This document shows positions 1 through 16,300 of a stretch of DNA of 64,000 bases, in pieces. This DNA is from Eledone cirrhosa (Eukaryota): NCBI GenBank assembly GCA_964016885.1, contig OZ024740.1:19406001-19470000 (forward strand). The letters are read 5' to 3'. The notes beneath the pieces are model-generated. The model made no database searches. It saw only the letters and a list, made by a program, of their open reading frames with translations, and had not been told where the DNA came from. Position numbers and translations under genes: made by a program. Positions within the stretch are counted from its first letter, which is position 1, and the number at the start of each line of letters is the position of its first letter.

Positions 1-3000
1 AACCTCTACCATGTTACCTTCTTTTTCAACTGTCTTAGCCTCACCTAAAACCTCTACCATGTTACCTTCTTTTTCAACTGACTTACTCTAACCTAAAACC
101 TCTACCATGTTACCTTCTTTTTCAACTGACTTACTCTCACCTAAAATCTCTATGTTACCTTCTTTTTTAACCGACTTACTCTCACCTAAAACCTCTACCA
201 TGTTACCTTCTTTTCCAACTGTCCTAGCCTCACCAAAAACCTCTACCATGTGACCTTCTTTTTCAACTGACTCACTCTCACCTAAAACCTCTATGTTACC
301 TTCTTTTTCAACCGACTTACTCTCACCTAAAACCTCTACCATGTTACCTTCTTTTTCAACTGACTTACTCTCACCTAAAACCTCTACCATGTTACCTTCT
401 TTTTCAACCGACTTACTCTCACCTAAAACCTCTACCATGTTACCTTCTTTTTCAACCGACTTACTCTCACCTAAAACCTCTACCATGTTACCTTCTTTTT
501 CAACTGTCTTACTCTAACCTAAAACCTCTACCATGTTACCTTCTTTTTCAACTGACTTACTCTAACCTAAAACCTCTACCATGTTACCTTCTTTTTCAAC
601 TGACTTACTCTCACCTAAAATCTCTATGTTACCTTCTTTTTTAACCGACTTACTCTCACCTAAAACCTCTACCATGTTACCTTCTTTTCCAACTGTCCTA
701 GCCTCACCAAAAACCTCTACCATGTGACCTTCTTTTTCAACTGACTCACTCTCACCTAAAACCTCTATGTTACCTTCTTTTTCAACCGACTTACTCTCAC
801 CTAAAACCTCTACCATGTTACCTTCTTTTTCAACTGACTTACTCTCACCTAAAACCTCTACCATGTTACCTTCTTTTTCAACTGACTTACTCTCACCTAA
901 AACCTCTACCATGTTACCTTCTTTTTCAACTGACTTACTCTCACCTAAAACCTCTACCATGTTACCTTCTTTTTCAACTGACTTACTCTCACCTAAAACC
1001 TCTGTGTTACCTTCTTTTTCAACCGACTTACTCTCACCTAAAACCTCGGCCATGTTACCTTCTTTTTCAACTGACTTACTCTCACCTAAAACCTCTACCA
1101 TCTTACCTTCATTTTCAACTGACTTACTCTCACCTAAGACCTCTACCATGTTACCTTCTTTTTCAACTGACTTACTATCACCTAAAATCTCTACCATGTT
1201 ACCTTCTTTTTTAACTGACTTACTCTCACCTAAAACCTCTACCATGTTACATTCTTTTTCAACTGACTTACTCTCACCTAAAACCTCTACCATGTTAACT
1301 TCTTTTTCAACTGTCTTACTCTCACCTAAAACCTCTACCATGTTACATTCTTTTTCAACTGACTTACTCTCACCTAAAACCTCTACCATGTTACTTTCTT
1401 TTTCAACTGACTTACTCTCACCTAAAACCTCTACCATGTTACCTTCTTTTTCAACTGTCTTAGCCTCACCTAAAACCTCTACCATGTTACCTTCTTTTTC
1501 AACTGACTTACTCTCACCTAAAACCTCTATGTTACCTTCTTTTTCAACCGACTTACTATCACCTAAAACCTCTACCATGTTACCTTCTTTTTCAACTGAC
1601 TTACTCTCACCTAAAACCTCTACCATGTTACCATCTTTTTCAACTGACTTACTCTCACCTAAAACCTCTACCATGTTACCTTCTTTTTCAACTGACTTAC
1701 TCTCACCTAAAACCTCTACCATGTTACCTTCTTTTTCAACTGACTTACTCTCACCTAAAACCTCTATGTTACCTTCTTTTTCAACCGACTTACTCTCACC
1801 TAAAACCTCTACCATGATACCTTCTTTTTCAACTGACTTACTCTCACCTAAAACATCTACCATGTTACCTTCTTTTTCAACTATCTTAGCCTCACCTAAA
1901 ACCTCTACCATGTTACCTTCTTTTTCAACTGTCCTAGCCTCACCTAAAACCTCTACCATGTTAAGTTCTTTTTCAACTGACTTACTCTCACCTAAAAAGT
2001 CTACCATGTTACCTTCTTTTTCAACTGACTTACACTCACCGAAAACCTCTATGTTACCTTCTTTTTCAACCGACTTACACTCACCTAAAACCTCTACCAT
2101 GTTACCTTCTTTTTCAACTGACTTACTCTCACCTAAAACCTCTACCATGTTACCTTCTTTTTTAACTGACTTACTCTAACCTAAAACCTCTACCATGTTA
2201 CCTTCTTTTTCAACTGACTTACTCTAACCTAAAACCTCTACCATGTTACCTTCTTTTTCAACTGACTTACTCTCACCTAAAACCTCTATGTTACCTTCTT
2301 TTTTAACCGACTTACTCTCACCTAAAACCTCTATGTTACCTTCTTTTTCAACCGACTTACTCTCACCTAAAACCTCTACCATGTTACCTTCTTTTTCAAC
2401 TGACTTACTCTCACCTAAAACATCTACCATGTTACCTTCTTTTCCAACTGTCCTAGCCTCACCAAAAACCTCTACCATGTTACCTTCTTTTTCAACTGAC
2501 TTACTTTCACCTAAAACTTTTACCATGTTACCTTCTTTTTTAACTGACTTACTCTCACCTAAAACCTCTACCATGTTACCTTCTTTTTCAACTGACTTAC
2601 TCTCACCTAAAACCTCTACCATGTTACCTTCTTTTTCAACTGACTTACTCTCACCTAAAACCTCTATGTTACCTTCTTTTTCAACCGACTTACTCTCACC
2701 TAAAACCTCTACCATGTTACCTTCTTTTTCAACTGACTTACTCTCACCTAAAACCTCTACCATGTTACCTTCTTTTTCAACTGTCTTACTCTCACCTAAA
2801 ACCTCTACCATGTTACATTCTTTTCCAACTGACTTACTCTCACCTAAAACCTCTACCATGTTACCTTCTTTTTCAACTGACTTACTCTCACCTAAAACCT
2901 CTACCATGTTACCTTCTTTTTCAACCGACTTACTCTCACCTAAAACCTCTACCATGTTACCTTCTTTTTCAACCGACTTACTCTCACCTAAAACCTCTAC

Positions 3001-6000
3001 CATGTTACCTTCTTTTTCAACTGACTTACTCTCACCTAAAACCTCTACCATGTTACCTTCTTTTTCAACTGACTTACTCTCACCTAAAACCTCTACCATC
3101 TTACCTTCATTTTCAACTGACTTAATCTCACCTAAGACCTCTACCATGTTACCTTCTTTTTCAACTGACTTACTATCACCTAAAATCTCTGCCATGTTAC
3201 CTTCTTTTTCAACTGTATTACTCTCACCTAAAAGCTCTACCATGTTACCTTCTTTTTTAACTGACTTACTCTCACCTAAAACCTCTACCATGTTACATTC
3301 TTTTTCAACTGACTTACTCTCACCTAAAACCTCTACCATGTTAACTTCTTTTTCAACTGTCTTACTCTCACCTAAAACCTCTACCATGTTACTTTCTTTT
3401 TCAACTGACTTACTCTCACCTAAAACCTCTACCATGTTACCTTCTTTTTCAACTGACTTACTCTCACCTAAAACCTCTATGTTACCTTCTTTTTCAACCG
3501 ACTTACTCTCACCTAAAACCTCTACCATGATACCTTCTTTTTCAACTGACTTACTCTCACCTAAAACCTCTACCATGTTACCTTCTTTTTCAACTGACTT
3601 ACTCTCACCTAAAACCTCTACCATGTTACCTTCTTTTTCAACTGACTTACTCTCACCTAAAACCTCTACCATGTTACCTTCTTTTTCAACTGACTTACTC
3701 TCACCTAAAACCTCTACCATGATACCTTCTTTTTCAACTGACTTACTCTCACCTAAAACCTCTACCATGTTACCTTCTTTTTCAACTGACTTACTCTCAC
3801 CTAAAACCTCTACCATGTTACCTTCTCTTTCAACTGACTTACTCTCACCTAAAACCTCTACCATCTTACCTTCTTTTTCAACTGACTTACTCTCACCTAA
3901 AACCTCTACCATGATACCTTCTTTTTCAACTGACTTACTCTCACCTAAAACCTCTACCATGTTACCTTCTTTTTCAACTGACTTACTCTCACCTAAAACC
4001 TCTACCATGTTACCTTCTCTTTCAACTGACTTACTCTCACCTAAAACCTCTACCATGTTACCTTCTTTTTCAACTGACTTACTCTCACCTAAAACCTCTA
4101 CCATGTTACCTTCTTTTTCAACTGACTTACTCTCACCTAAAACCTCTACCATGTTACCTTCTCTTTCAACTGACTTACTCTCACCTAAAACCTCTACCAT
4201 GATACCTTCTTTTTCAACCGACTTACTCTCACCTAAAACCTCTACCATGTTACCTTCTTTTTCAACTGACTTACTCTCACCTAAAACCTCTACCATGTTA
4301 CCTTCTTTTTCAACTGACTTACTCTCACCTAAAACCTCTACCATGTTACCTTCTCTTTCAACTGACTTACTCTCACCTAAAACCTCTACCATGTTACCTT
4401 CTTTTTCAACCGACTTACTCTCACCTAAAACCTCTACCATGTTACATTCTTTTCCAACTGACTTACTCTCACCTAAAACCTCTACAATGTTACCTTCTTT
4501 TTCAACTGACTTACTCTCACCTAAAACCTCTACCATGTTACCTTCTTTTTCAACTGACTTACTCTCACCTAAAACCTCTGTGTTACCTTCTTTTTCAACC
4601 GACTTACTCTCACCTAAAACCTCTACCATCTTACCTTCATTTTCAACTGACTTACTCTCACCTAAGACCTCTACCATGTTACCTTCTTTTTCAACTGACT
4701 TACTATCACCTAAAATCTCTACCATGTTACCTTCTTTTTCAACTGTCTTACTCTCACCTAAAAGCTCTACCATGTTACCTTCTTTTTTAACTTACTTACT
4801 CTCACCTAAAACCTCTACCATGTTACCTTCTTTTTCAACTGTCTTAGCCTCACCTAAAACCTCTACCATGTTACCTTCTTTTTCAACTGACTTACTCTCA
4901 CCTAAAACCTCTATGTTACCTTCTTTTTCAACCGACTTACTATCACCTAAAACCTCTACCATGTTACCTTCTTTTTCAACTGACTTACTCTCACCTAAAA
5001 CCTCTACCATGTTACCATCTTTTTCAACTGACTTACTCTCACCTAAAACCTCTACCATGTTACCTTCTTTTTCAACTGACTTACTCTCACCTAAAACCTC
5101 TACCATGTTACCTTCATTTTCAACTGACTTACTCTCACCTAAAACCTCTATGTTACCTTCTTTTTCAACCGACTTACTCTCACCTAAAACCTCAACCATG
5201 ATACCTTCTTTTTCAACTGACTTACTCTCACCTAAAACATCTACCATGTTACCATCTTTTTCAACTGACTTACTCTCACCTAAAACCTCTACCATGTTAC
5301 CTTCTTTTTCAACTGACTTACTCTCACCTAAAACCTCTACCATGTTACCTTCATTTTCAACTGACTTACTCTCACCTAAAACCTCTATGTTACCTTCTTT
5401 TTCAACCGACTTACTCTCACCTAAAACCTCAACCATGATACCTTCTTTTTCAACTGACTTACTCTCACCTAAAACATCTACCATGTTACCTTCTTTTTCA
5501 ACTATCTTAGCCTCACCTAAAACCTCTACCATGTTACCTTCTTATTCAACAGTCCTAGCCTCACCTAAAACCTCTACCATGTTAAGTTCTTTTTCAACTG
5601 ACTTACTCTCACCTAAAAAGTCTACCATGTTACCTTCTTTTTCAACTGACTTACTCTCACCTAAAACCTCTATGTTACCTTCTTTTTCAACTGACTTACT
5701 CTCACCTAAAACCTCTACCATGTTACCTTCTTTTTCAACCGACTTACTCTCACCTAATACCTCTACCCTGTTACCTTCTTTTTCAACTGTCTTACTCCTC
5801 ACCTAAAACCTCTACCATGTTACCTTCTTTTTCAACTGACTTACTCTCACCTAAAACCTCTACCATGTTACCTTCTTTTTCAACTGTCTTACTCTCACCT
5901 AAAACCTCTACCATGTTACATTCTTTTCCAACTGACTTACTCTCACCTAAAACCTCTACCATGTTACTTTGTTTTTCAACTGACTTACTCTCACCTAAAA

Positions 6001-9000
6001 CCTCTACCATGTTACCTTCTTTTTCAACCGACTTACTCTCACCTAAAACCTCTATGTTACCTTCTTTTTCAACCGACTTACTCTCACCTAAAACCTCTAC
6101 CATGTTACCTTCTTTTTCAACTGACTTACTCTCACCTAAAACCTCTACCATGTTACCTTCTTTTTCAACTGACTTACTCTCACCTAAAACCTCTACCATC
6201 TTACCTTCATTTTCAACTGACTTACTCTCACCTAAAACCTCTACCATGTTACATTCTTTTTCAACTGACTTACTCTCACCTAAAACCTCTACCATGTTAA
6301 CTTCTTTTTCAACTGTCTTACTCTCACCTAAAACCTCTACCATGTATACTTTCTTTTTCAACTGACTTACTCTCACCTAAAACCTCTACCATGTTACCTT
6401 CTTTTTCAACTGACTTACTCTCACCTAAAACCTCTACCATGTTACCTTCTTTTTTAACTGACTTACACTCACCTAAAACCTCTACCATGTTACCTTCTTT
6501 TTCAACCGACTTACTCTCACCTAAAACCTCTACCATGATACCTTCTTTTTCAACTGACTTACTCTCACCTAAAACCTCTACCATGTTACCTTCTTTTTCA
6601 ACTGACTTACTCTCACCTAAAACCTCTACCATGATACCTTCTTTTTCAACTGACTTACTCTCACCTAAAACCTCTACCATGTTACCTTCTTTTTCAACTG
6701 TCTTAGCCTCACCTAAAACCTCTACCATGTTACCTTCTTTTTCAACTGACTTACTCTCACCTAAAACCTCTACCATGTTACCTTCTTTTTCAACTGACTT
6801 ACTCTCACCTAAAACCTCTACCATGTTACCTTCTTTTCCAACTGTCTTACTCTCACCTAAAACCTCTACCATGTTACATTCTTTTCCAACTGACTTACAC
6901 TCACCTAAAACCTCTACCATGTTACCTTCTTTTTCAACTGACTTACTCTCACCTAAAACCTCTATGTTACCTTCTTTTTCAACCGACTTACTCTCACCTA
7001 AAACCTCTACCATGTTACCTTCTTTTTCAACTGACTTACTCTCACCTAAAACCTCTAACATGTTACCTTCTTTTTCAACTGACTTACACTCACCTAAAAC
7101 CTCTACCATGTTACCTTCTTTTTCAACCGACTTACTCTCACCTAAAACCTCTACCATGTTACCTTCTTTTTCAACTGACTTACTCTCACCTAAAACCTCT
7201 ACCATGTTACCTTCTTTTTCAACTGACTTACTCTCACCTAAAACCTCTATGTTACCTTCTTTTTCAACCGACTTACTCTCACCTAAAACCTCTACCATGT
7301 TACCTTCTTTTTCAACTGACTTACTCTCACCTAAAACCTCTAACATGTTACCTTCTTTTTCAACTGACTTACACTCACCTAAAACCTCTACCATGTTACC
7401 TTCTTTTTCAACTGACTTACTCTCACCTAAAACCTCTACCATGTTACCTTCTTTTTCAACTGACTTACTCTCACCTAAAACCTCTACCATGATACCTTCT
7501 TTTTCAACTGACTTACTCTCACCTAAAACCTCTACCATGTTACCTTCTTTTTCAACTGTCTTATCCTCACCTAAAACCTCTACCATGTTACCTTCTTTTT
7601 CAACTGACTTACTCTCACCTAAAACCTCTACCATGTTACCTTCTTTTTCAACTGACTTACACTCACCTAAAACCTCTATGTTACCTTCTTTTTCAACCTA
7701 CTTACACTCACCTAAAACCTCTACCATGTTACCTTCTTTTTCAACTGACTTACTCTCACCTAAAACCTCTAACATGTTACCTTCTTTTTCAACTGACTTA
7801 CACTCACCTAAAACCTCTACCAGGTTACCTTCTTTTTCAACTGACTTACTCTCACCTAAAACCTCTACCATGTTACCTTCTTTTTCAACTGACTTACACT
7901 CACCTAAAACCTCTATGTTACCTTCTTTTTCAACCTACTTACACTCACCTAAAACCTCTACCATGTTACCTTCTTTTTCAACTGACTTACTCTCACCTAA
8001 AACCTCTAACATGTTACCTTCTTTTTCAACTGACTTACACTCACCTAAAACCTCTACCATGTTACCTTCTTTTTCAACTGACTTACTCTCACCTAAAACC
8101 TCTACCATGTTACCTTCTTTTTCAACTGACTTACTCTCACCTAAAACCTCTACCATGATACCTTCTTTTTCAACTGACTTACTCTCACCTAAAACCTCTA
8201 CCATGTTACCTTCTTTTTCAACTGTCTTAGCCTCACCTAAAACCTCTACCATGTTACCTTCTTTTTCAACTGACTTACTCTCACCTAAAACCTCTACCAT
8301 GTTACCTTCTTTTTCAACTGACTTACACTCACCTAAAACCTCTATGTTACCTTCTTTTTCAACCTACTTACACTCACCTAAAACCTCTACCATGTTACCT
8401 TCTTTTTCAACTGACCTACTCTCACCTAAAACCTCTACCATGTTACCTTCTTTTTCAACTGACTTACTCTCACCTAAAACCTCTACCATGTTACCTTCTT
8501 TTTCAACTGACTTACTCTCACCTAAAACCTCTACCATGTTACCTTCTTTTTTAACTGACTTACTCTAACCTAAAACCTCTACCATGTTACCTTCTTTTCC
8601 AACTGTCATAGCCTCACCAAAAACCTCTACCATGTGACCTTCTTTTTCAACTGACTCACTCTCACCTAAAACCTCTATGTTACCTTCTTTTTCAACCGAC
8701 TTACTCTCACCTAAAACCTCTACCATGTTACCTTCTTTTTCAACTGACTTACTCTCACCTAAAACCTCTACCATGTTACCTTCTTTTTCAACTGACTTAC
8801 TCTCACCTAAAACCTCTACCATGTTACCTTCTTTTTCAACTGACTTACTCTCACCTAAAACCTCTACCATGTTACCTTCTTTTTCAACTGACTTACTCTC
8901 ACCTAAAACCTCTGTGTTACCTTCTTTTTCAACCGACTTACACTCACCTAAAACCTCGGCCATGTTACCTTCTTTTTCAACTGACTTACTCTCACCTAAA

Positions 9001-12000
9001 ACCTCTACCATCTTACCTTCATTTTCAACTGACTTACTCTCACCTAAGACCTCTACCATGTTACCTTCTTTTTCAACTGACTTACTATCACCTAAAATCT
9101 CTACCATGTTACCTTCTTTTTTAACTGACTTACTCTCACCTAAAACCTCTACCATGTTACATTCTTTTTCAACTGACTTACTCTCACCTAAAACCTCTAC
9201 CATGTTAACTTCTTTTTCAACTGTCTTACTCTCACCTAAAACCTCTACCATGTTACATTCTTTTTCAACTGACTTACTCTCACCTAAAACCTCTACCATG
9301 TTACTTTCTTTTTCAACTGACTTACTCTCACCTAAAACCTCTACCATGTTACCTTCTTTTTCAACTGTCTTAGCCTCACCTAAAACCTCTACCATGTTAC
9401 CTTCTTTTTCAACTGACTTACTCTCACCTAAAACCTCTATGTTACCTTCTTTTTCAACCGACTTACTATCACCTAAAACCTCTACCATGTTACCTTCTTT
9501 TTCAACTGACTTACTCTCACCTAAAACCTCTACCATGTTACCATCTTTTTCAACTGACTTACTCTCACCTAAAACCTCTACCATGTTACCTTCTTTTTCA
9601 ACTGACTTACTCTCACCTAAAACCTCTACCATGTTACCTTCTTTTTCAACTGACTTACTCTCACCTAAAACCTCTATGTTACCTTCTTTTTCAACCGACT
9701 TACTCTCACCTAAAACCTCTACCATGATACCTTCTTTTTCAACTGACTTACTCTCACCTAAAACATCTACCATGTTACCTTCTTTTTCAACTATCTTAGC
9801 CTCACCTAAAACCTCTACCATGTTACCTTCTTTTTCAACTGTCCTAGCCTCACCTAAAAATTCTACCATGTTAAGTTCTTTTTCAACTGACTTACTCTCA
9901 CCTAAAAAGTCTACCATGTTACCTTCTTTTTCAACTGACTTACACTCACCTAAAACCTCTATGTTACCTTCTTTTTTAACCGACTTACTCTCACCTAAAA
10001 CCTCTATGTTACCTTCTTTTTCAACCGACTTACTCTCACCTAAAACCTCTACCATGATACCTTCTTTTTCAACTGACTTACTCTCACCTAAAACATCTAC
10101 CATGTTACCTTCTTTTCCAACTGTCCTAGCCTCACCAAAAACCTCTACCATGTTACCTTCTTTTTCAACTGACTTACTTTCACCTAAAACTTTTACCATG
10201 TTACCTTCTTTTTCAACTGACTTACTCTCACCTAAAACCTCTATGTTACCTTCTTTTTCAACCGACTTACTCTCACCTAAAACCTCTACCATGTTACCTT
10301 CTTTTTCAACTGACTTACTCTCACCTAAAACCTCTACCATGTTACCTTCTTTTTCAACTGACTTACTTTCACCTAAAATCTCTGCCATGTTACCTTCTTT
10401 TTCAACTGTATTACTCTCACCTAAAAGCTCTACCATGTTACCTTCTTTTTTAACTGACTTACTCTCACCTAAAACCTCTACCATGTTACATTCTTTTTCA
10501 ACTGACTTACTCTCACCTAAAACCTCTACCATGTTAACTTCTTTTTCAACTGTCTTACTCTCACCTAAAACCTCTACCATGTTACTTTCTTTTTCAACTG
10601 ACTTACTCTCACCTAAAACCTCTACCATGTTACCTTCTTTTTCAACTGACTTACTCTCACCTAAAACCTCTATGTTACCTTCTTTTTCAACCGACTTACT
10701 CTCACCTAAAACCTCTACCATGATACCTTCTTTTTCAACTGACTTACTCTCACCTAAAACCTCTACCATGTTACCTTCTTTTTCAACTGACTTACTCTCA
10801 CCTAAAACCTCTACCATGTTACCTTCTTTTTCAACTGACTTACTCTCACCTAAAACCTCTACCATGATACCTTCTTTTTCAACTGACTTACTCTCACCTA
10901 AAACCTCTACCATGTTACCTTCTTTTTCAACTGACTTACTCTCACCTAAAACCTCTACCATGTTACCTTCTTTTCCAACTGTCTTACTCTCACCTAAAAC
11001 CTCTACCATGTTACCTTCTTTTTCAACTGACTTACTCTCACCTAAAACCTCTACCATGTTACCTTCTTTTTCAACTGACTTACTCTCACCTAAAACCTCT
11101 ACCATGTTACATTCTTTTTCAACTGACTTACTCTCACCTAAAACCTCTACCATGTTACCTTCTTTTTCAACTGACTTACACTCACCTAAAACCTCTATGT
11201 TACCTTCTTTTTCAACCTACTTACACTCACCTAAAACCTCTACCATGTTACCTTCTTTTTCAACTGACTTACTCTCACCTAAAACCTCTACCATGTTACC
11301 TTCTTTTTTAACTGACTTACTCTAACCTAAAACCTCTACCATGTTACCTTCTTTTTCAACTGACTTACTCTAACCTAAAACCTCTACCATGTTACCTTCT
11401 TTTTCAACTGACTTACTCTCACCTAAAACCTCTATGTTACCTTCTTTTTTAACCGACTTACTCTCACCTAAAACCTCTACCATGTTACCTTCTTTTCCAA
11501 CTGTCCTAGCCTCACCAAAAACCTCTACCATGTTACCTTCTTTTTCAACTGACTTACTCTCACCTAAAACCTCTATGTTACCTTCTTTTTCAACCGACTT
11601 ACTCTCACCTAAAACCTCTACCATGTTACCTTCTTTTTCAACTGACTTACTCTCACCTAAAACCTCTACCATGTTACCTTCTTTTTCAACTTACTTACTC
11701 TCACCTAAAACCTCTACCATGTTACCTTCTTTTTCAACTGACTTACTCTCACCTAAAACCTCTACCATGTTACCTTCTTTTTCAACTGACTTACTCTCAC
11801 CTAAAACCTCTGTGTTACCTTCTTTTTCAACCGACTTACTCTCACCTAAAACCTCGGCCATGTTACCTTCTTTTTCAACTGACTTACTCTCACCTAAGAC
11901 CTCTACCATGTTACCTTCTTTTTCAACTGACTTACTATCACCTAAAATCTCTACCATGTTACCTTCTTTTTCAACTGTCTTGCTCTCACCTAAAACCTCT

Positions 12001-13339
12001 ACCATGTTACCTTCTTTTTTAACTGACTTACTCTCACCTAAAACCTCTACCATGTTACATTCTTTTTCAACTGACTTACTCTCACCTAAAACCTCTACCA
12101 AGTTAACTTCTTTTTCATCTGTCTTACTCTCACCTAAAACCTCTACCATGTTACATTCTTTTTCAACTGACTTACTCTCACCTAAAACCTCTACCATGTT
12201 ACTTTCTTTTTCAACTGACTTACTCTCACCTAAAACCTCTACCATGTTACCTTCTTTTTCAACTGTCTTAGCCTCACCTAAAACCTCTACCATGTTACCT
12301 TCTTTTTCAACTGACTTACTCTCACCTAAAACCTCTATGTTACCTTCTTTTTCAACCGACTTACTATCACCTAAAACCTCTACCATGTTACCTTCTTTTT
12401 CAACTGACTTACTCTCACCTAAAACCTCTACCATGTTACCATCTTTTTCAACTGACTTACTCTCACCTAAACTTCTACCATGTTACCTTCTTTTTCAACT
12501 GACTTACTCTCACCTAAAACCTCTACCATGTTACCTTCTTTTTCAACTGACTTACTCTCACCTAAAACCTCTATGTTACCTTCTTTTTCAACCGACTTAC
12601 TCTCACCTAAAACCTCTACCATGATACCTTCTTTTTCAACTGACTTACTCTCACCTAAAACCTCTACCATGTTACCTTCTTTTTCAACTGACTTACTCTC
12701 ACCTAAAACCTCTACCATGTTACCTTCTTTTTCAACTGACTTACTCTCACCTAAAACCTCTACCATGATACCTTCTTTTTCAACTGACTTACTCTCACCT
12801 AAAACCTCTACCATGTTACCTTCTTTTTCAACTGACTTACACTCACCTAAAACCTCTATGTTACCTTCTTTTTCAACCGACTTACTCTCACCTAAAACCT
12901 CTACCATGATACCTTCTTTTTCAACTGACTTACTCTCACCTAAAACCTCTACCATGTTACCTTCTTTTTCAAGTGACTTACTCTCACCTAAAACCTCTAC
13001 CATGTTACCTTCTTTTTCAACTGACTTACTCTCACCTAAAACCTCTACCATGATACCTTCTTTTTCAACTGACTTACTCTCACCTAAAACCTCTACCATG
13101 TTACCTTCTTTTTCAACTGACTTACTCTCACCTAAAACCTCTACCATGATACCTTCTTTTTCAACTGACTTACTCTCACCTAAAACCTCTACCATGTTAC
13201 CTTCTTTTTCAAGTGACTTACTCTCACCTAAAACCTCTACCATGTTACCTTCTTTTTCAACTGACTTACTCTCACCTAAAACCTCTACCATGATACCTTC
13301 TTTTTCAACTGACTTACTCTCACCTAAAACCTCTACCAT

Positions 13340-16300
13340 GTTACCTTCTTTTTCAACTGACTTACTCTCACCTAAAACCTCTACCATGTTACCTTCTCTT
13401 TCAACTGACTTACTCTCACCTAATACCTCTACCATGTTACCTTCTTTTTCAACTGACTTACTCTCACCTAAAACCTCTACCATGTTACCTTCTTTTTCAA
13501 CTGACTTACTCTCACCTAAAACCTCTACCATGTTACCTTCTTTTTCAACTGACTTACTCTCACCTAAAACCTCTACCATGTTACCTTCTTTTTCAACTGA
13601 CTTACTCTCACCTAAAACCTCTACCATGTTACCTTCTTTTTCAACTGACTTACTCTCACCTAAAACCTCTACCATGTTACCTTCTTTTTCAACTGACTTA
13701 CTCTCACCTAAAACCTCTACCATGTTACCTTCTTTTTCAACTGACTTACTCTCACCTAAAACCTCTACCATGTTACCTTCTTTTCCAACTGTCTTACTCT
13801 TACCTAAAACCTCTACCATGTTACCTTCTTTTTCAACTGACTTACTCTCACCTAAAACCTCTACCATGTTACATTCTTTTCCAACTGACTTACTCTCACC
13901 TAAAACCTCTACCATGTTACATTCTTTTTCAACTGACTTACTGTCACCTAAAACCTCTACCAAGTTAACTTCTTTTTCAACTGTCTTACTCTCACCTAAA
14001 ACCTCTACCATGTTACCTTCTTTATCAACTGACTTACTCTCACCTAAAACCTCTACCATGTTACCTTCTTTTTCAACTGACTTACTCTCACCTAAAACCT
14101 CTGTGTTACCTTCTTTTTCAACCGACTTACTCTCACCTAAAACCTCGGCCATGTTACCTTCTTTTTCAACTGACTTACTCTCACCTAAGACCTCTACCAT
14201 GTTACCTTCTTTTTCAACTGACTTACTATCACCTAAAATCTCTACCATGTTACCTTCTTTTTCAACTGTCTTGCTCTCACCTAAAACCTCTACCATGTTA
14301 CCTTCTTTTTTAACTGACTTACTCTCACCTAAAACCTCTACCATGTTACATTCTTTTTCAACTGACTTACTCTCACCTAAAACCTCTACCAAGTTAACTT
14401 CTTTTTCAACTGTCTTACTCTCACCTAAAACCTCTACCATGTTACATTCTTTTTCAACTGACTTACTCTCACCTAAAACCTCTACCATGTTACCTTCTTT
14501 TTCAACTGTCTTAGCCTCACCTAAAACCTCTACCATGTTACCTTCTTTTTCAACTGACTTACTCTCACCTAAAACCTCTATGTTACCTTCTTTTTCAACC
14601 GACTTACTATCACCTAAAACCTCTACCATGTTACCTTCTTTTTCAACTGACTTACTCTCACCTAAAACCTCTACCATGTTACCATCTTTTTCAACTGACT
14701 TACTCTCACCTAAAACCTCTACCATGTTACCTTCTTTTTCAACTGACTTACTCTCACCTAAAACCTCTACCATGTTACCTTCTTTTTCAACTGACTTACT
14801 CTCACCTAAAACCTCTATGTTACCTTCTTTTTCAACCGACTTACTCTCACCTAAAACCTCTACCATGATACCTTCTTTTTCAACTGACTTACTCTCACCT
14901 AAAACCTCTACCATGTTACCTTCTTTTTCAACTGACTTACTCTCACCTAAAACCTCTACCATGTTACCTTCTTTTTCAACTGACTTACTCTCACCTAAAA
15001 CCTCTACCATGATACCTTCTTTTTCAACTGACTTACTCTCACCTAAAACCTCTACCATGTTACCTTCTTTTTCAACTGACTTACACTCACCTAAAACCTC
15101 TATGTTACCTTCTTTTTCAACCGACTTACTCTCACCTAAAACCTCTACCATGATACCTTCTTTTTCAACTGACTTACTCTCACCTAAAACCTCTACCATG
15201 TTACCTTCTTTTTCAACTGACTTACTCTCACCTAACACCTCTACCATGTTACCTTCTTTTTCAACTGACTTACTCTCACCTAAAACCTCTACCATGATAC
15301 CTTCTTTTTCAACTGACTTACTCTCACCTAAAACCTCTACCATGTTACCTTCTTTTTCAACTGACTTACTCTCACCTAAAACCTCTACCATGTTACCTTC
15401 TTTTTCAACTGACTTACTCTCACCTAAAACCTCTACCATGTTACCTTCTTTTTCAACTGACTTACTCTCACCTAAAACCTCTGTGTTACCTTCTTTTTCA
15501 ACCGACTTACTCTCACCTAAAACCTCGGCCATGTTACCTTCTTTTTCAACTGACTTACTCTCACCTAAGACCTCTACCATGTTACCTTCTTTTTCAACTG
15601 ACTTACTATCACCTAAAATCTCTACCATGTTACCTTCTTTTTCAACTGTCTTGCTCTCACCTAAAACCTCTACCATGTTACCTTCTTTTTTAACTGACTT
15701 ACTCTCACCTAAAACCTCTACCATGTTACATTCTTTTTCAACTGACTTACTCTCACCTAAAACCTCTACCATGTTACTTTCTTTTTCAACTGACTTACTC
15801 TCACCTAAAACCTCTACCATGTTACCTTCTTTTTCAACTGACTTACTCTCACCTAAAACCTCTATGTTACCTTCTTTTTCAACCGACTTACTCTCACCTA
15901 AAACCTCTACCATGTTACCTTCTTTTTCAACTGACTTACTCTCACCTAAAACCTCTACCATGTTACCTTCTTTTTCAACTGACTTACTCTCACCTAAAAC
16001 CTCTACCATGTTACCTTCTTTTTCAACTGACTTACTCTCACCTAAAACCTCTACCATGATACCTTCTTTTTCAACTGACTTACTCTCACCTAAAACCTCT
16101 ACCATGTTACCTTCTTTTTTAACTGACTTACTCTAACCTAAAACCTCTACCATGTTACCTTCTTTTTCAACTGACTTACTCTAACCTATAACCTCTACCA
16201 TGTTACCTTCTTTTTCAACTGACTTACTCTCACCTAAAACCTCTATGTTACCTTCTTTTTTAACCGACTTACTCTCACCTAAAACCTCTACCATGTTACC

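Noticed and set aside
5790-6350. Single-base insertions near 5797 and 6345 as meaningful or programmed frameshifts
   Set aside because: They are singletons not propagated in duplicated blocks, so they could be sequencing errors or private mutations.
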